Source: Fistulifera solaris (Eukaryota). From it: a stretch of DNA of 64,000 nucleotides. The position numbers were made by a program, and so were the translations under genes. The notes below the pieces were generated by a model. That model was not told the origin of the DNA, searched no databases, and saw nothing but the letters and a program-made list of their open reading frames with translations. The stretch is from contig AP026145.1 of assembly GCA_030295235.1 (NCBI GenBank), forward strand, positions 868,001 to 932,000, read 5' to 3'. Below, one piece after another: positions 49,227 to 62,531 of this stretch; position 1 is the first letter of the stretch, and every line of letters begins with the position of its first letter.

Positions 49227-49825
49227 GTTTGACAGAAACAGAGGAAGAAGAGAAGAAAGAGTGAAGACGAATGCAATGGCGTTTGTCGAGGACCAACTTA
49301 CTTTGTATTGTGCGACAACAAAAAGATGAAAAAAAAAGCGGCGTTCTCGTAATTTGGTCTGGCTTTTTCACGTCAGTCACGAGCCGTCTACGTCCTTGGT
49401 TCATGTGACATCATCATTAGCACGATGCGACACTGGAATATTTTGCGTCATTGAAAATGGTCCTATTTCCTATTTACTCAGCATTTCGTAAGACATCGCT
49501 TCGTTTAATTGTATAGTACATAGTACCACTACAAACAAATCAAATGGGGATTTCTGGCTAATTCTATTTTTTTCGATATTGTTCCGTAGGTCATTGAGGA
49601 CTTATTGGGACTTTCGTACGCTGGACAAATTTGTACTAGAAAATTCCATAATCACAGATCATGTATCATGTATCATGTACGTAGTATCATGTGCCTTCCA
49701 GTTTTGCGCACCACAGCAAAGTGCAAAGAAAAGAACGAAAACATGACACATCATTCGAATGAGACGAAAGGCTTATGATTCACACGATTGTTCTAATAGA
49801 AGCTTTTCCATTATTCGATAAAGCA

Positions 49826-51506
49826 ATGAGAAAAATGAAGAGATCTGTTGGTCTTCTTATTGTTGTTTCCGCGGCTGTTTTGGCGCCTACGAGTGCACAA
49901 TGCATTAGTATTGGTAAGTTTTGTCCAAAAGTCCTCACCATTTATTCTCGCAAGTCCACGTTTCCTCACACAAAATATTCATTGACAGTCGATTTTATAT
50001 GCCGTGTCAGTACGCTATCTATGCTTTGCGCTTCTGTAACGCAAGTAGGCATCGGAACACAACTGAATAGTGGAAATTGGACTGTTTTTGCGCCGACAAA
50101 CAACGCTTTTTTCAGACTTGGCGACCGACTTGGAGTGGTACTTGGAAATCCTGACGTTCTTGCGGGTGTAATATCATATCATACGGTTGAAGGAATCGTC
50201 AACGCGGAGGATTTGACTTGCTCAGGATCGTTAGAAATGGCAAACGGGCAGACAAGTAGAACGGAATGTCGAAGCGATTCTATCTATCAAAAAGGACAGG
50301 GGAATGGGTTGGGTGCGATGCCTCAAGTGGTAGCCAGTAACATCAATACCTGTTCCGGAGTGGTACATATGGTGGATGAAGTACTTTTACCCGCTGAACT
50401 TGGTCCTGAATCTCAGATACCAGCTGGCTGTAAATCCATTGGTACGTATCTTGCGTTTTCAGCGAAAACGAGTTATGACAAGTGCTTTATCTAAACGAAC
50501 ACTGTCTTCATCAAAATCAGCTGATATTGTATGCGAATCGAGTTTGTTTTCAACGCTGTGCACAGCAATCACACAAGCTGGTTTACGGGAGGCTTTAAGT
50601 GGAGGATCCTGGACGATATTCGCTCCGACGAACGATGCTTTTGCAAGACTTGGAAATACGCTCACGACAGCTCTAGCGGACAATACGCTTTTAACAGATA
50701 TTTTACTCACACATGCGATTGAAAGCGTCATTTACTCGAATTCTTTGGAGTGCGGTGGCACTTTAACCATGGCAAACAGTCAACAAACATCAACAGTATG
50801 TCACGCTGATTCAATCTTTCAAGTCGCCAACGGAAACGAAGCCTCATCGTTGCCCCAAATTGAATTATCTATTTACGCCTGCAATGGTGTACTGCATCTG
50901 GTAAGCAATGTCCTTTTGCCGAGTGTAAACGAATCAGAAGAAGCGCCGATGACATTCCCGATAGTTGCTCCCATGCAAGCACCGGTCGGAGAATGTCGAT
51001 CTATCGGTACGTAGTATTCGTCGTCGTTGCAGAAACTTTTTGCTAGATCACTTGCTGATGACTCATATTGACATTATCTTTGTTGTACAGTCGAAATAGC
51101 ATGCAGCACAGAGAACCTTTCCACTCTTTGCTCTGCTGTGACACAAGCCGACCTGGTAGGGACTCTGAGCGAAGGGTCTTATACCATTTTCGCTCCAACT
51201 AATATTGCGTTCTCGAATTTGGGAGCCACACTCGACACTGTTTTAGCCGACAACAATCTCCTAACCGACATATTACTCTACCATTTGGTTGAAGGCGCCG
51301 TTTACTCGACGGATCTAGTATGCGATAGCGAGGTGGTAATGGCCAATGGTCAAACGAGTCGCACCTTTTGTGAGAACGACGATATTTTTCTAGCGGGTCA
51401 AGGCAACGAAGCAACCGCATTACCTTTGGTCGTTCTTGTGGATCTTGCGGCTTGTAATAACAGTGTGCTACATGCTGTAGATGAAGTCATTCTTCCAATG
51501 TTGTAA
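49826..51506 (+). CDS. Secreted fasciclin protein with three FAS1 domains; introns 49914-49988, 50442-50520 and 51007-51090
   Basis: Signal peptide and three repeats of T[VI]FAPTN.AF ... H.V..V[LI]LP, joined by phase-1 GT-AG introns. Confidence 0.9.
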
Positions 51507-53134
51507 ATCGTTCATTGATAATATGTATTTTAAAAGGGAGTTTATACCTAGGTGGAGTCCGTCCATTTGCAAAGATTGATGACATCGCCAAACACACTTG
51601 GCACTCGACACAAGTGTACGTGCACAAGCTCAATGATTTGCATCGACTGAGACTGAGAGCAACTTAGTCTTGAGTATGAATTCCATATTCAACTCCACCT
51701 TAACTGACAAGTTATTATTTTGATCTTGAGTCCCGTACCATTATTTCCGTTCATACAGAAATTATGTTTGATCGAGAAATTCTGGACCGGTTTATTCGAT
51801 CCTACGAAGTGATGCTTTTTCACTCAAAGTGGTCTTTTTTCAAAGCCTAACCGCTGTTTATCGCATCACCGTTGCTGTTGCTCTTCCTCTCACGGAAAGG
51901 CAAATGTGAGACTATTCAAGATAAAGCATTCCACTCAATGTTCTATTGAATCGATTTTCTTTCGTCGAAAGTGGCAACTCGCGATCGGGCGCATGCTTAG
52001 CCAGCACTTGCTACAACGGCGTGTGTGCTAAGGATAATGAGGATGACGTAACTGCTTAGTTGATTCACAATGATGCTTATTCACTGCAAAAGCGCATATA
52101 TATCACGAACATAAACTGAAGAGTCAGATTCAACTGAGGCATCTCTTGGTTATGAACAAGCGAAAAGAAAATACTTGCCTCTTGAAAAGTCTTTTGCCCT
52201 GAACTGCCAATGAGGTGCAACAGTTTTCATACCACATCAAACCATCCTGGTGAAACGAAGGCCTCATCAAACAACAAACCAAACTAAGGCGAGAACATAG
52301 CATGGAAAGGCCTGTCAAGGCTATTTTGCGCTGACGTTTTACTCGCGGCTCAAAGTTCAAAGTTCAAAGTGAACGCGCGAGCCGCAACGGCAGACGGCAA
52401 ACAGCGAGATACACTTGATTCTGTGTGGAACGGGTGTGACTATGTAACGATTAATTTTACTTAAAGACTGGGTACCGATGCGCTTGAGTGAGAAACGAGC
52501 TAGAGGATGGTCATGAGTCTTGATTCCTTTCGAATGCAGACACGATCACGAGCATCTCATTTTTACTCAATACCAGTCAGTGAAGACAAAAATCGTTAAA
52601 ATAAATATGAGGAAGTTCCGAATGGCGGTTTCCCGTCATACTTTTTACACTTTATATTTGATTCCCGATAACGCTGGAGGGCAATAGCAAATAAATCGCA
52701 ATTCAGTATGAAATGTTGCTCGTTTGCTCGACAAGAATCGTTACTGTGTTACTGTCCTATTTGGTTTTCTCATTCTTTTTCCGTTATTGCACTTTTTGGA
52801 GGTATTCTTACTTATCTTCTTTCACTAACCAATACCGTTTCGGAGCATCGGAACGAAGTTGCACACATCCACGGGATGCCCGCTCCGAAACCATCCGATC
52901 ACAAAAAAGACGGTGATAGACGCATCCTTTCCCTCTCGTAGTTGCCTTTGCAGATCCCAAGACTCATAGCAGGGCTATTGTATTGTTTTACTTCTCTTTG
53001 TGATCATCTTCTCGCAAAGATTCATTTGCAGGCGCACGTTCTTCACCAACGGTCGCATCATTGAAGAGGCTGCAACAGATTCTTTGCATTGACGGCAGCA
53101 GTTTCATCAACGTCGTCATTGATCCTGATAAACA

Positions 53135-54678
53135 ATGCTGATTCCTCCGCAAGAGATTCGATGGGACGGGCGCTGCTCGTCAACGACGAACAGCAGTCCG
53201 CAGGAACAATTCCTAGAATCACAGAAACTGCAATTGGAGGATTGGAAAGCCGATTTGACAATGAATTCGTACGATACTATTGAATTGTTGAAGCAGTCGT
53301 TGAAGCAATTGAATTACTTGACGCAACAACAAGCACAACAGGAACAAGCGACTTGTTTGCAAGGCGTTGACGACGAAGAAGCCAAGGAGACGTTAGAAAG
53401 TAACACTCGTTCGTCACTACTCAAACTCATTGAAGAATATGATCAACCGCGATCCGTACTGTTGAATGGCCGCAGCAAAACACTCTCACGTCGCAACTCA
53501 TTCAGTTCGCAAGTCTCCACCAGTTCGAACAAATCAGTGCGCTTCGGGAATGTTAGTATCGTTACCGCACAAGAGTTGGCGCAATTGAGTGTCACGACTG
53601 TTGATGCTTATGAACGAGAAAGTAGTGCACGGAAACATTTAAAGAAGAAACCCGATAAGACAGATGCTCTGGAAGAATATGTGAAAATGGCACAATCTAC
53701 GCGGCGACGAAAGACAATGGAACGGACGCATTCGACGTCGACCCTTTCGAATAGTACGGATACAAAAGCCCGGAGGCGTTCGTTGTTTCGTAAGAAAGAC
53801 GATTCGAGCAGTGTGCGTTCAACACAAAGTGCCGTGTCGCTAAACGACAGCGTCGCATCCTCCAGCCGTTCGCATCAAAATGCGAAACAGCAAAACCGGC
53901 CTTCGTCGCATCACGGCAATGACAACCACAGTGTCGGATCGTCGACAGGTAGCCGGACTACCTCTCCTCGAGGCTCGAAACAAAAGAACAGCGGACCTCC
54001 CAACATCACCAAAGGTTTCTTTGTTACCAAACTGTTCACGAAACCCTTCCAACGACGAAAAGGGAAGCATACTACTACTTGTAGTCAGCCAACTTCGAAT
54101 CCGACAGAAACGAGCAACAACCAGGACCATGTGGATATTTTCGAAGTCACCATGGACGATAATATCACCGAGACATCGTCGAATGATGATTCCGCGGCGA
54201 TTGTGATGAAAGATATTCGGTATCAACGACAACAGCGTCGTCGCACACCACAAAAGGCTTCCGTTCCGGAACAGCCTCTGCGACGCGGCGTGCGACGATC
54301 CAATTCCGGTGCGTCTTCGGTCGCATCGTCACGATCTTTGGTCCAACGGGCCGCTCGTCTTTGATGCGTCGTCCCTCGTCGGCCAACCATTCCGACGTTG
54401 GTTCTGTCGCCTCATCGATTTCGTCCAGTGCCGCCAGTGTGGTGCAAGGCAATGCTGTACATCCATCCATCGTCATTCTGAACGAGGTCACGGACGAAAC
54501 ACTCGACGACGATGACTCTTCAGATACTCCTCCCATGAACGAAGACACGGCCAAACTGCAACACGACATTGAAACTTTGAAGAAACGGCTCATGGGATTG
54601 GTGGTGGAGCACATGGAAGAAAGTGAAAAACAAAAGCAATTGAAGCTGCAACGGGCGGTACCGACGACGGCTTCTTGA
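53135..54678 (+). CDS. Hypothetical Ser/Arg-rich protein with KSVRF motif; probable frameshift near 54362
   Basis: 409-aa ORF followed directly by a 105-aa ORF of the same composition. Contains KSVRFGNVSI..TTVDAYE. Confidence 0.6.
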
Positions 54679-55245
54679 GATGGCTGGCACCCGTTGTCGA
54701 GGCGCACAGCTAAAAGAAATCAGCATGACACTCGTTGAATCACTTATTAGGATATTACACTATAGAACCATTTTTATTAGCGTCTGGCAGACATGTGACG
54801 TTTCGAGGACAGCACAAGTTTTTAGAAGTAAGTTGTTTAGGTGCGCAGCGAGGCTGTCAAGGCAATAACCTCTTCAGCGAACATAGGCGTAAATCCACAA
54901 TCAAACAGTGAATACTGTTCTTTGTACAATCTTGATAATCCATACCTTACCAGGTATTATTTGATCTTCATCCTTCCAGGCCTAGCTAGACATTTCTGGT
55001 AAACTATATTGTCTTTCGCATTGACTATAACCGCAATGTGTAGAAGACCTTTTCCACGACTGCAGCTTCCTTAGTCATGAGTTAGGGATACTACAGTATC
55101 ACGTATACAAAACATACGTGGTTGAAAGACCACATCCCCGACTCATTTTTTCGCAGCCCCGACGACGCAAAAACAAAACAAAACAACAATAAACGATCTT
55201 CGCTTTGTCTAGTCTATTTATACACTTCAAATCAATTTGTTAATA

Positions 55246-56258
55246 ATGAAATCTCTTCTCAATGCTTCCTCTCTTATGACACGGTCGTCTTCTTCGGTAA
55301 AAAGACGACAATTGTTGTGTCACCGGTCGATTAGTACGCAAGCGCAATTGTATCGCGTTCTACTCCGACAATGTCGTGCTTGGCCGTCCGAAACGGTGTG
55401 GCTGCAACCACCGATTGATCCGCATACTGCCGGAAGTGCTCGTTTGTGGTCTTGTCAAAGAAAGACGACGACGTACCCGCCGTGTATCAGTGGTTCGTGC
55501 AACAACAAGAATCATCGTCGGACCAATGGCAAGCCTGGTATTCCGATATAATCAAACATTACTTGTTGCAAACGAGAAACGAACAAAATGAAAATGATCC
55601 CGAAGCGTCAAATGATTCATCCTCGGATTCTAATTCGGACGACTCGGACGAGGAAGAAGAAGAATTCGATCGTTCCTTGTGGACGACGCGTGAGACACTC
55701 CAGCAAGCCATTCGGACCGCGTTTCGGCATTCCTCACCTCAATATGCGCCACTCGCGTTGACCGTATTTCGACAATTGCGACAACAGTGGTATCAACAAC
55801 AATCCTTTACGAGTATTCATATCGCGCACGGTCTCCGGATCAGTGTCTTGTCCCAATACATTGGGCGTTCCTTGGAACACAAGTACCGATTTGCGTATCG
55901 CGTCCGCATCGAACGTCTCGATAAGGATACGGCCGTGCAATTGTTGGGCCGCACGTGGCATATTACGGAAGCGAATGACGACGAACGCGTGGTCGTCGAT
56001 GCCCCGACCACGGGTGCGGTCGGACAATTGCCCGTCTTGGAACCGCACAGTTGTTTTGAATACGTCAGTGGTGCCGAATTGTCCTCCCCGCAGGGTCAAA
56101 TGAGTGGATGGTTTCATTTGGCTTCCGTTCCTCGAGGAACTCCCAGTGCCGTCGTGGGAATGTCCGTTCCGGCCTTGCGTTCTTCCGACAACAAATTTGC
56201 GGTCGAAATCAAACCATTTCCGTTGCGTGTCAATGATGATCATGGTGTTGTGCGGTGA
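55246..56258 (+). CDS. ApaG-domain protein, probably mitochondrial; frameshift near 55455
   Basis: Motifs YRFAYRVRIE, VQLLGRTWHI, GAVGQLPVLEP..FEYVSG and GQMSG. The N-terminal part has an LYRVLLRQC (LYR-like) motif. Confidence 0.85.
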
Positions 56259-56730
56259 ATAGAATAAATAGTATTTGCATATTCTAGTTGTAGAAATGAG
56301 CGCAATGATACTTGCAATGATGGACGAAATAGAACGGAGCAATGCGCAAGAAATCGGGAAGAAATAATGTGAAGGTAATTGAGTCTTTCCTCGAGTAAGG
56401 TTCGAGTGTTGGACGTAATGAAGGTCAGACAGTCTTTTCGTGTCTTCGCGTCGCGGTCGTTCGTACTCTATTCGTATAATTATGGATTGGGTCTATCGAC
56501 TATATCGTTAGAGTGTATCTTAAATGACCTTTGAAATGCCCCAAACAGTCATTATTCTTTGTTTCTTGCCGCAAAGAGCCACAAAACCGCAAACGCCAAA
56601 AGTGCAATAGAACGAAAGAGCAACAAAAGCACAACTAAAGACTCTTTCTTATTTTCCTCTCCTTTATTCATTCATTCGTTGCCAATTATTGTTAGTCTTT
56701 GATTGACGGGCGATCGCAAACACAGCAAAC

Positions 56731-59160
56731 ATGAAATGGCTTATCGTATGGAGTTTTCTCTTGCAACAAACGGTCCTAGCGCAAACTTCGGGCGGTGCTA
56801 CGTTGGATTTCGCGGCTCCTGTCAACACGACGGCTCCTTCGATTGTTCCTTCGATTGCTCCTTCGAGTTCTCCGAATGCGACAGTAACTCCGCCGGCTAC
56901 AACACCTGTTACGACACCGGTTACACCTCCAGCTACACCGCCGACTACTGCGGAAGAAGAACTAACGAACGCCCCTTCAGCGGCGTTTATGAATGTATCT
57001 CATCCGAACGCTGGAGGCATGACGAATACGGACGGACAAACCTTTGAAGGCATGACATTGCGTGAATTGATCATTTCACGAGAAGAGTTGACCCTCTTTC
57101 GAGACTTTTTGGATCAAGCCGGACTGCTCGAAACAATCTTGGATGATACGACCCAACAATTGACCGTCTTTGCTCCTGACAATCACGCCATGGAGAACAA
57201 TCGCAACATTCAACTTTATAGTCAAGGCATGGACGAAACACCGCCACGATGGTATCACACCATTTTATCGACGTGTCAGAATCACATGGCCGAAAGTCAA
57301 ATCCTCAATTTTGATCAAATCTTTGATCAAGTCCGGACCGAAATCACTTCCATGCACGATACGTGGCCCGTCAGTCAATTCACACTCCAAGTGGGCGGCG
57401 TCGAAATTGAAACGGCCAATCTGGTCGCGTCCAATGGGATTCTGCACGTCACGCGGGGCGTCATTGCGCCGCAATTCTATTCGCAGACCTTTGCGCAACT
57501 TGAATTGCAAGAAGAATTCGGTCCCGATCATTTGAACCGCATCAGTATGGTCGATGTCGTCGATAACATTCCCGGTGCCCGACAATTGTTGGCGACGTCT
57601 CGGGATACCGGTTTGACCTATGCGGGGTGTCGCATCCGTGCGTTTAACCGCATGGGTCTCGATTATTTGCCCCAAACCATCAATGGCGGACAGTTTGTCA
57701 AGGAAAATGAACTCATGAATGCCTCCTTTGCGGAACAATCCCTCCACAACTTTGTCGAATATCAACTCATTCCGCACAATTACTATCTGCCGGACATTGA
57801 AGAAAACTTTGAACAGCTCGTGATGCCCATCAACAAATGCAGTCACATTTGGATCACCAACCGCGTCGGCAAATTGTGTTTCAATGATGCTTGCATTGTC
57901 CGGACGCCCGATCCCCGTTGGTTTTTGGCGAGTAACGGTGTCGGCTACGTCTTGGACAAGTGCATCATTTGTTCCGGCATTGCCATGTTGACCGATTATG
58001 CCGCCGAATTTTCCAGTCTTAATACAAAAGACGCGGCGCAGTTGTTTTGGGGTACGGAATGGAATTTGCGCAATTTGAGTCTTTCGGTGGGCGATGGGGG
58101 TCCATTGACCATGTTTGCGTCCATCAATACCGGCTTTAACTTTTTTACGCTGGAAGACACGACGCGGTTGAGTACCGACAAGTGGCGTCGGCATTTGTGG
58201 GATCTGGCATCGCATTTCTTGACGCAAGGCAAATATACCCGCGATCATTTGATCAATATCACCAAGACCAATGGCGGGGCATGGAATTTGACCATGTTGA
58301 CGGGCGAAAATGTAACGATTGACTTTGACGAAAGTAGGAATATGGTGTTAGTCGATGGCGGTGATTTGTTTATGCATGATATGCAAGGACAAGATGGGTA
58401 CGTTTTTTGGAGTGATCGTGTGTTGGTACATGGTGGAATAAGAACGAATGCTGACACATCAATATCTTTGTATTTTTTCAGATTACTTCATTTTACCACT
58501 GAAGTACCACAGCCACGATCCGTGACGAGGAACTGCTTCACAATTGTCGAAGACGATCCTGATGAACGATTCAAACTGCATTTAGGATACTTGACGTCTC
58601 TCTTTTTGGAAGAAGACGTCAAACGGTTGCTACCTCTCACTGTCTTTTATGCCCCCAACGAAGCCTGGGAAGGCAAAATGGTTGATTTAATGGAGCTGTC
58701 GGAAACGGTTCTGGAAAACATGATCTTCAAAGAACTTTTGTGGTGTGAACTTTTGGTCGAAATGGCCAACACCAGGCAACCCATTGAAAGTCACAATGGT
58801 CAACTATGGAACGTAGTGGTGAACGAAGAGGGTTTCCCTTGCATCAAGACAATACAACAACTGAATGAAACCCATTCCATGGATGCTTGCATCACAAAAT
58901 GCGACATACTGGCACGAAACGGTATTGTTCACGAAGTCGATTCGCTGATAGTGTACCAAAGCTTGGATACACTCGCTCCGTTCCCACCGGTAGCGCCCTT
59001 TGCCCCGTCAGCTCCATCACCGCTCTTCGAACAGCCCATCCAACGTGACAACATGACAGCTCCTACTTTGGCACCCAGTTCGAAAGCGTGGCGATCAACA
59101 ACGTCGTCGTGGGGAGTGGTATCGTCTCTCCTAGCCGCTATGTGGTGCTATCTCCTTTAG
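56731..59160 (+). CDS. Secreted, probably GPI-anchored multi-fasciclin protein; likely in-frame intron 58398-58481
   Basis: Signal peptide, Pro/Thr-rich stalk, FAS1 motifs (LTVFAPDN, ASNGILHV, DILARNGIVHEVD) and a hydrophobic C-terminus. Confidence 0.88.
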   Translation: MKWLIVWSFLLQQTVLAQTSGGATLDFAAPVNTTAPSIVPSIAPSSSPNATVTPPATTPVTTPVTPPATPPTTAEEELTNAPSAAFMNVSHPNAGGMTNTDGQTFEGMTLRELIISREELTLFRDFLDQAGLLETILDDTTQQLTVFAPDNHAMENNRNIQLYSQGMDETPPRWYHTILSTCQNHMAESQILNFDQIFDQVRTEITSMHDTWPVSQFTLQVGGVEIETANLVASNGILHVTRGVIAPQFYSQTFAQLELQEEFGPDHLNRISMVDVVDNIPGARQLLATSRDTGLTYAGCRIRAFNRMGLDYLPQTINGGQFVKENELMNASFAEQSLHNFVEYQLIPHNYYLPDIEENFEQLVMPINKCSHIWITNRVGKLCFNDACIVRTPDPRWFLASNGVGYVLDKCIICSGIAMLTDYAAEFSSLNTKDAAQLFWGTEWNLRNLSLSVGDGGPLTMFASINTGFNFFTLEDTTRLSTDKWRRHLWDLASHFLTQGKYTRDHLINITKTNGGAWNLTMLTGENVTIDFDESRNMVLVDGGDLFMHDMQGQDGYVFWSDRVLVHGGIRTNADTSISLYFFRLLHFTTEVPQPRSVTRNCFTIVEDDPDERFKLHLGYLTSLFLEEDVKRLLPLTVFYAPNEAWEGKMVDLMELSETVLENMIFKELLWCELLVEMANTRQPIESHNGQLWNVVVNEEGFPCIKTIQQLNETHSMDACITKCDILARNGIVHEVDSLIVYQSLDTLAPFPPVAPFAPSAPSPLFEQPIQRDNMTAPTLAPSSKAWRSTTSSWGVVSSLLAAMWCYLL

Positions 59161-59274
59161 GCGAGCGGCGAACAAACACTCTCCCTTTTAGGATTGCATA
59201 TTACTTCTAGTTTATTATCTGTATGAGAATCAAACAACTGTACCAAACCTCTGTAGAACGTCTATAGCCGCTCT

Positions 59275-60940
59275 TTAGGGTCCTGATAGTTGGCAGGAGA
59301 ATGGTGCTCCATGCTTTGACCAGTCTTGTTGAATCGAATAGACAGATCCAGCAGTTGCTGTGATCATGAAGACGAGAGAAAAGTACGTCAACGCACAGCT
59401 CCAATCGAACGACAATCCAAATAATGCTAGTCCGTTCCTTTTCGCCAAAACACGGCGGGCAAGAGCAAGGTCAAGGGAACGGATGTAATCGCCCCTATGA
59501 AAGATACAAGATCCGAAAAGAAGGGAATCGCGTTTGCTACCGTGTAGGACAGCACTGCAATGAGTGCCGTCCAGATCATCCATCGTATCGTAGGAGATTG
59601 TTCGAGTAATCTCCAGTAGGCACGATCTAAACTACTGCAAAGTGCTTGCGAGTTGATGGCGTAACTCACCACAATATGGGCGTACAACAATAAGCCAGCG
59701 ATGCGCTTGGAGAGACTCCCCACCGGTCCAATGGCATCCAATAAAAGGAAGGTGGGTTGCGACCCGCCAACAACACCAAAATGACGTAAAACGTCCCAAA
59801 GGATGATAACGAAAGCGCCAGACTCTGAGGTGCTTTTTGACGATCGACCAGTTCGTGTCGAATGTTCAAAAATAGTTTTTGACTGCCGACAGCAAAACCA
59901 ATACTGCCCAAAGCACTGAATTTCCGTAACCAGTTGTTGACGGTCGAAGTGGTCAGTTGGCGGACGTCCGGACGTATTGTTGGTGATGGTGAAAAATGAA
60001 TGGCATGGAGACACTGTACTACTACCACCAACAAGGCCAATAAACTCAATAGACTGGCCGTTCGTCCCAAGCGCGCCATGGTTCGCAATTGACTGACAGC
60101 CAACATACAGAGACAGGCACACAAGCCCGCCATTGGCAAACACAATTGTGGAAAGACCGCTTGCAAAGCATGACTCATGACCAAGACATAATTTCCCAAA
60201 ACGAGAAAGATGTTGGTGTAGTATATGATGCGAACCATTCGTGTCGCTCGTTTGTGATCAAACAGTGCTTGTGTGAACCCAATAAAGTCATGAGTGGCCG
60301 TGTCGTGGTGCAATTTTTCTCCCGTACAAGCGGTCAGCGGAAGTAGATCGATCCACTCGGGGTCGTTCTGCTGCTGTTGTGACAGTAAACTCATAATAGA
60401 ATTTGCCGTATTCTGATTGATTTCTCGATAGTCAGTGTCGTCTGTTACCTTGGCTTGAATAATGTGCGATTGGGCGTTCTTTTTCGATGTCTTGGCAATT
60501 TTACCCTGCTGCAATGATTCTTGATACCATCGATTCTCTAATTCATGTTGCTGTTCGACATCGATTGCGGTCCAATGTAAGATCGTTCCTGCATATAAAT
60601 TGATCGGTAATTGCATAATTAAAAAGAAGAACCCCCAAAAACTTCCCAAGGTGGCAATGTTGCCGGGCAACGCCAACAAACCCGTCCCCAAACATTCGGC
60701 CGTCAACAATAAAGCAGCTTGTCCGACATTCAACAGATGCGATGTAGTGCCGGGTGAATAATTCGAATCGATACTAAATTCCGAATCATGACGAATCAAC
60801 AAATTGCTGGTGGTAAGATTCGTCGTGAGCGGCAACAATTGGGTTTGCTCGTTGGTTGTTGCATTCGTGAAATTAGTGGTGCCCTTCGTAGTCGAGTGAC
60901 GATCCTTCGGCGGTTCGAATATACTCAGAAGTGATGTCAT
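59275..60940 (-). CDS. Amino acid transporter (AAAP/Aa_trans family); frameshifts near 59735 and 59435
   Basis: LTAECLGTGLLALP, many transmembrane helices, and IPFFSDLVSFIGA..PLTLLLP. Confidence 0.88.
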
Positions 60941-61585
60941 ATGCTTTTCATGCAGCAGGAAGCGATAGAGGGGAAATGTGATGTAATAGGAAAGCATAAA
61001 GCATATAATGACGAGAATGCGAATCGAGGACGAATAAAACGAACATTTTTGGCGGAAAAAAATGTCGCTCATCATTCGTGATTCACTTTGACATACAGGA
61101 TTAAATAAGGACCCCATACTTTTGAAGCCACACTGCGCGCATAGGTGACGTTCGACACCTGGATGAAATCCAGTCACGGACTGAATAAAGACAAATCCAA
61201 GTTGTACTACTGCAATAACTAAACCATACAGATTACAGCTGGCTGGTTTTATAAGCGTTGTGTAGTAGCTAGACATGGAACTCATATTCATGATCCATTC
61301 GATAGGAATTCCTAGTTTGTAGTTATCATTTTTCTGCTGACTTGATTCGTTTTACAATTACCATTATGCGTTTCTAGCATAAACGATGGTGAATAACAGC
61401 TCTCGCTAGCATGAGATTGCTACATTTCAGTCATGGACATGCAAATGTAATTGTTTAAATATATATATAGTAGCCTATGGCTTTCGTTACTTTTCGATTT
61501 GCTGCATAAATCGATTCATCCATTTTTGCCTACAGAAACTCAAGTGTGCGCTTTCCTCTTGTCCGCGATTTACTCCTTCAGAAAT

Positions 61586-62108
61586 TTAGCGACGGCCCAA
61601 GGAGGTCATGCGGCGCTGAATCTGTGCGTGCGATTCTGTAAGAAGAGAGCGTGGTTAGTCACTAATGAATCATTCACGAGATACAGAAACGATGAACAAG
61701 CAACGGGGTCTCGTTCGTTCAAAGCGTCATATATTCATAAGGAAACACTCACCACGTTTTTCCGATAAAGCACGACGGGCCTCGACGGCGGCACCGGCCG
61801 TCATTCCGGCAAACGGATCGGTCGGTCGTCGCGACGACAAGCGATAACTGTGACAAGCGTCAGGAAGATCTTCGTAACGCAACTGGGATGCCAGACGCTC
61901 ACAGTAGGCTTGATCGGAAGAGGATGACGAAGTAGAACCTGTAATTAATGGAATGAATAGAAGGAAATATGAGATGACGGAAACATACAACAAGCGTGCG
62001 GCAACACGACACAACACAACTTAAAACTCCTCGAAATACACAACACGACAACTTACTCGTCTTGGAGGATGCTGGGCTGTTCTTGGGAATCGAAGTAGCA
62101 AGGATCAT
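61586..62108 (-). CDS. Small three-exon 95-aa protein of the 'RPTDPFAGM' family, copy B
   Basis: Exons 62108-62057, 61938-61753 and 61635-61586 with GTAAGT/GTGAGT donors and CAG acceptors. Paralogue of 24268-24779. Confidence 0.8.
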
Positions 62109-62531
62109 GATATTGTTCAGTTTTGTTGATCTTTGGAGAGCAATGACCGGAAGAGGAAGAAAATGAATGATCTCTTTGGCGCAGAAAATCAACAGAAGAA
62201 GCAGAAAAAAAGATCGATGGATCCGTGTCACAAGGATACCATGTCACGCGGAGTCGCAGTATGCAAAAAAGAGTGCAATCGAAATGAAGCTCTACATCAA
62301 AACACACAGAACACGGAAGAACAAGGGGCTGTAGGGTCACTGGGATCTTTGTGTTCTATAAAAAGCCGTACGTGGTGTTCTTCTACCAATCAAAACGACG
62401 GAACTAACGATCGTTCGAAGATACGCTAACGTCACGGAACGAACAAAGATTAGGAAAGACTAGACTCGTATCGTCGCAATCATTCATTATACATCTTCAA
62501 TAGATTAACGTGAACACTACTCATTGCAAAT

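Noticed and set aside
19809..49692. Short tandem repeats (GAGT)n near 19810, (TCTTTCATG)n near 23465 and (ATCATGT)n near 49660
   Set aside because: Ordinary micro- and minisatellites with no further structure.
51550..51700. Inverted repeat AGGTGGAGT / ACTCCACCT
   Set aside because: Only 9 bp long with no convincing TSD, so compatible with chance.
52608..52941. Possible small membrane-protein gene (VIALFGGILTYLLSL)
   Set aside because: I could not build a consistent start and splice model, and there is no recognisable homology.
57265..58248. 327-aa antisense ORF, and similar shadow ORFs such as 10921-11574 and 13002-13634
   Set aside because: They lie opposite well-supported genes, have no recognisable motifs, and are explained by codon bias.
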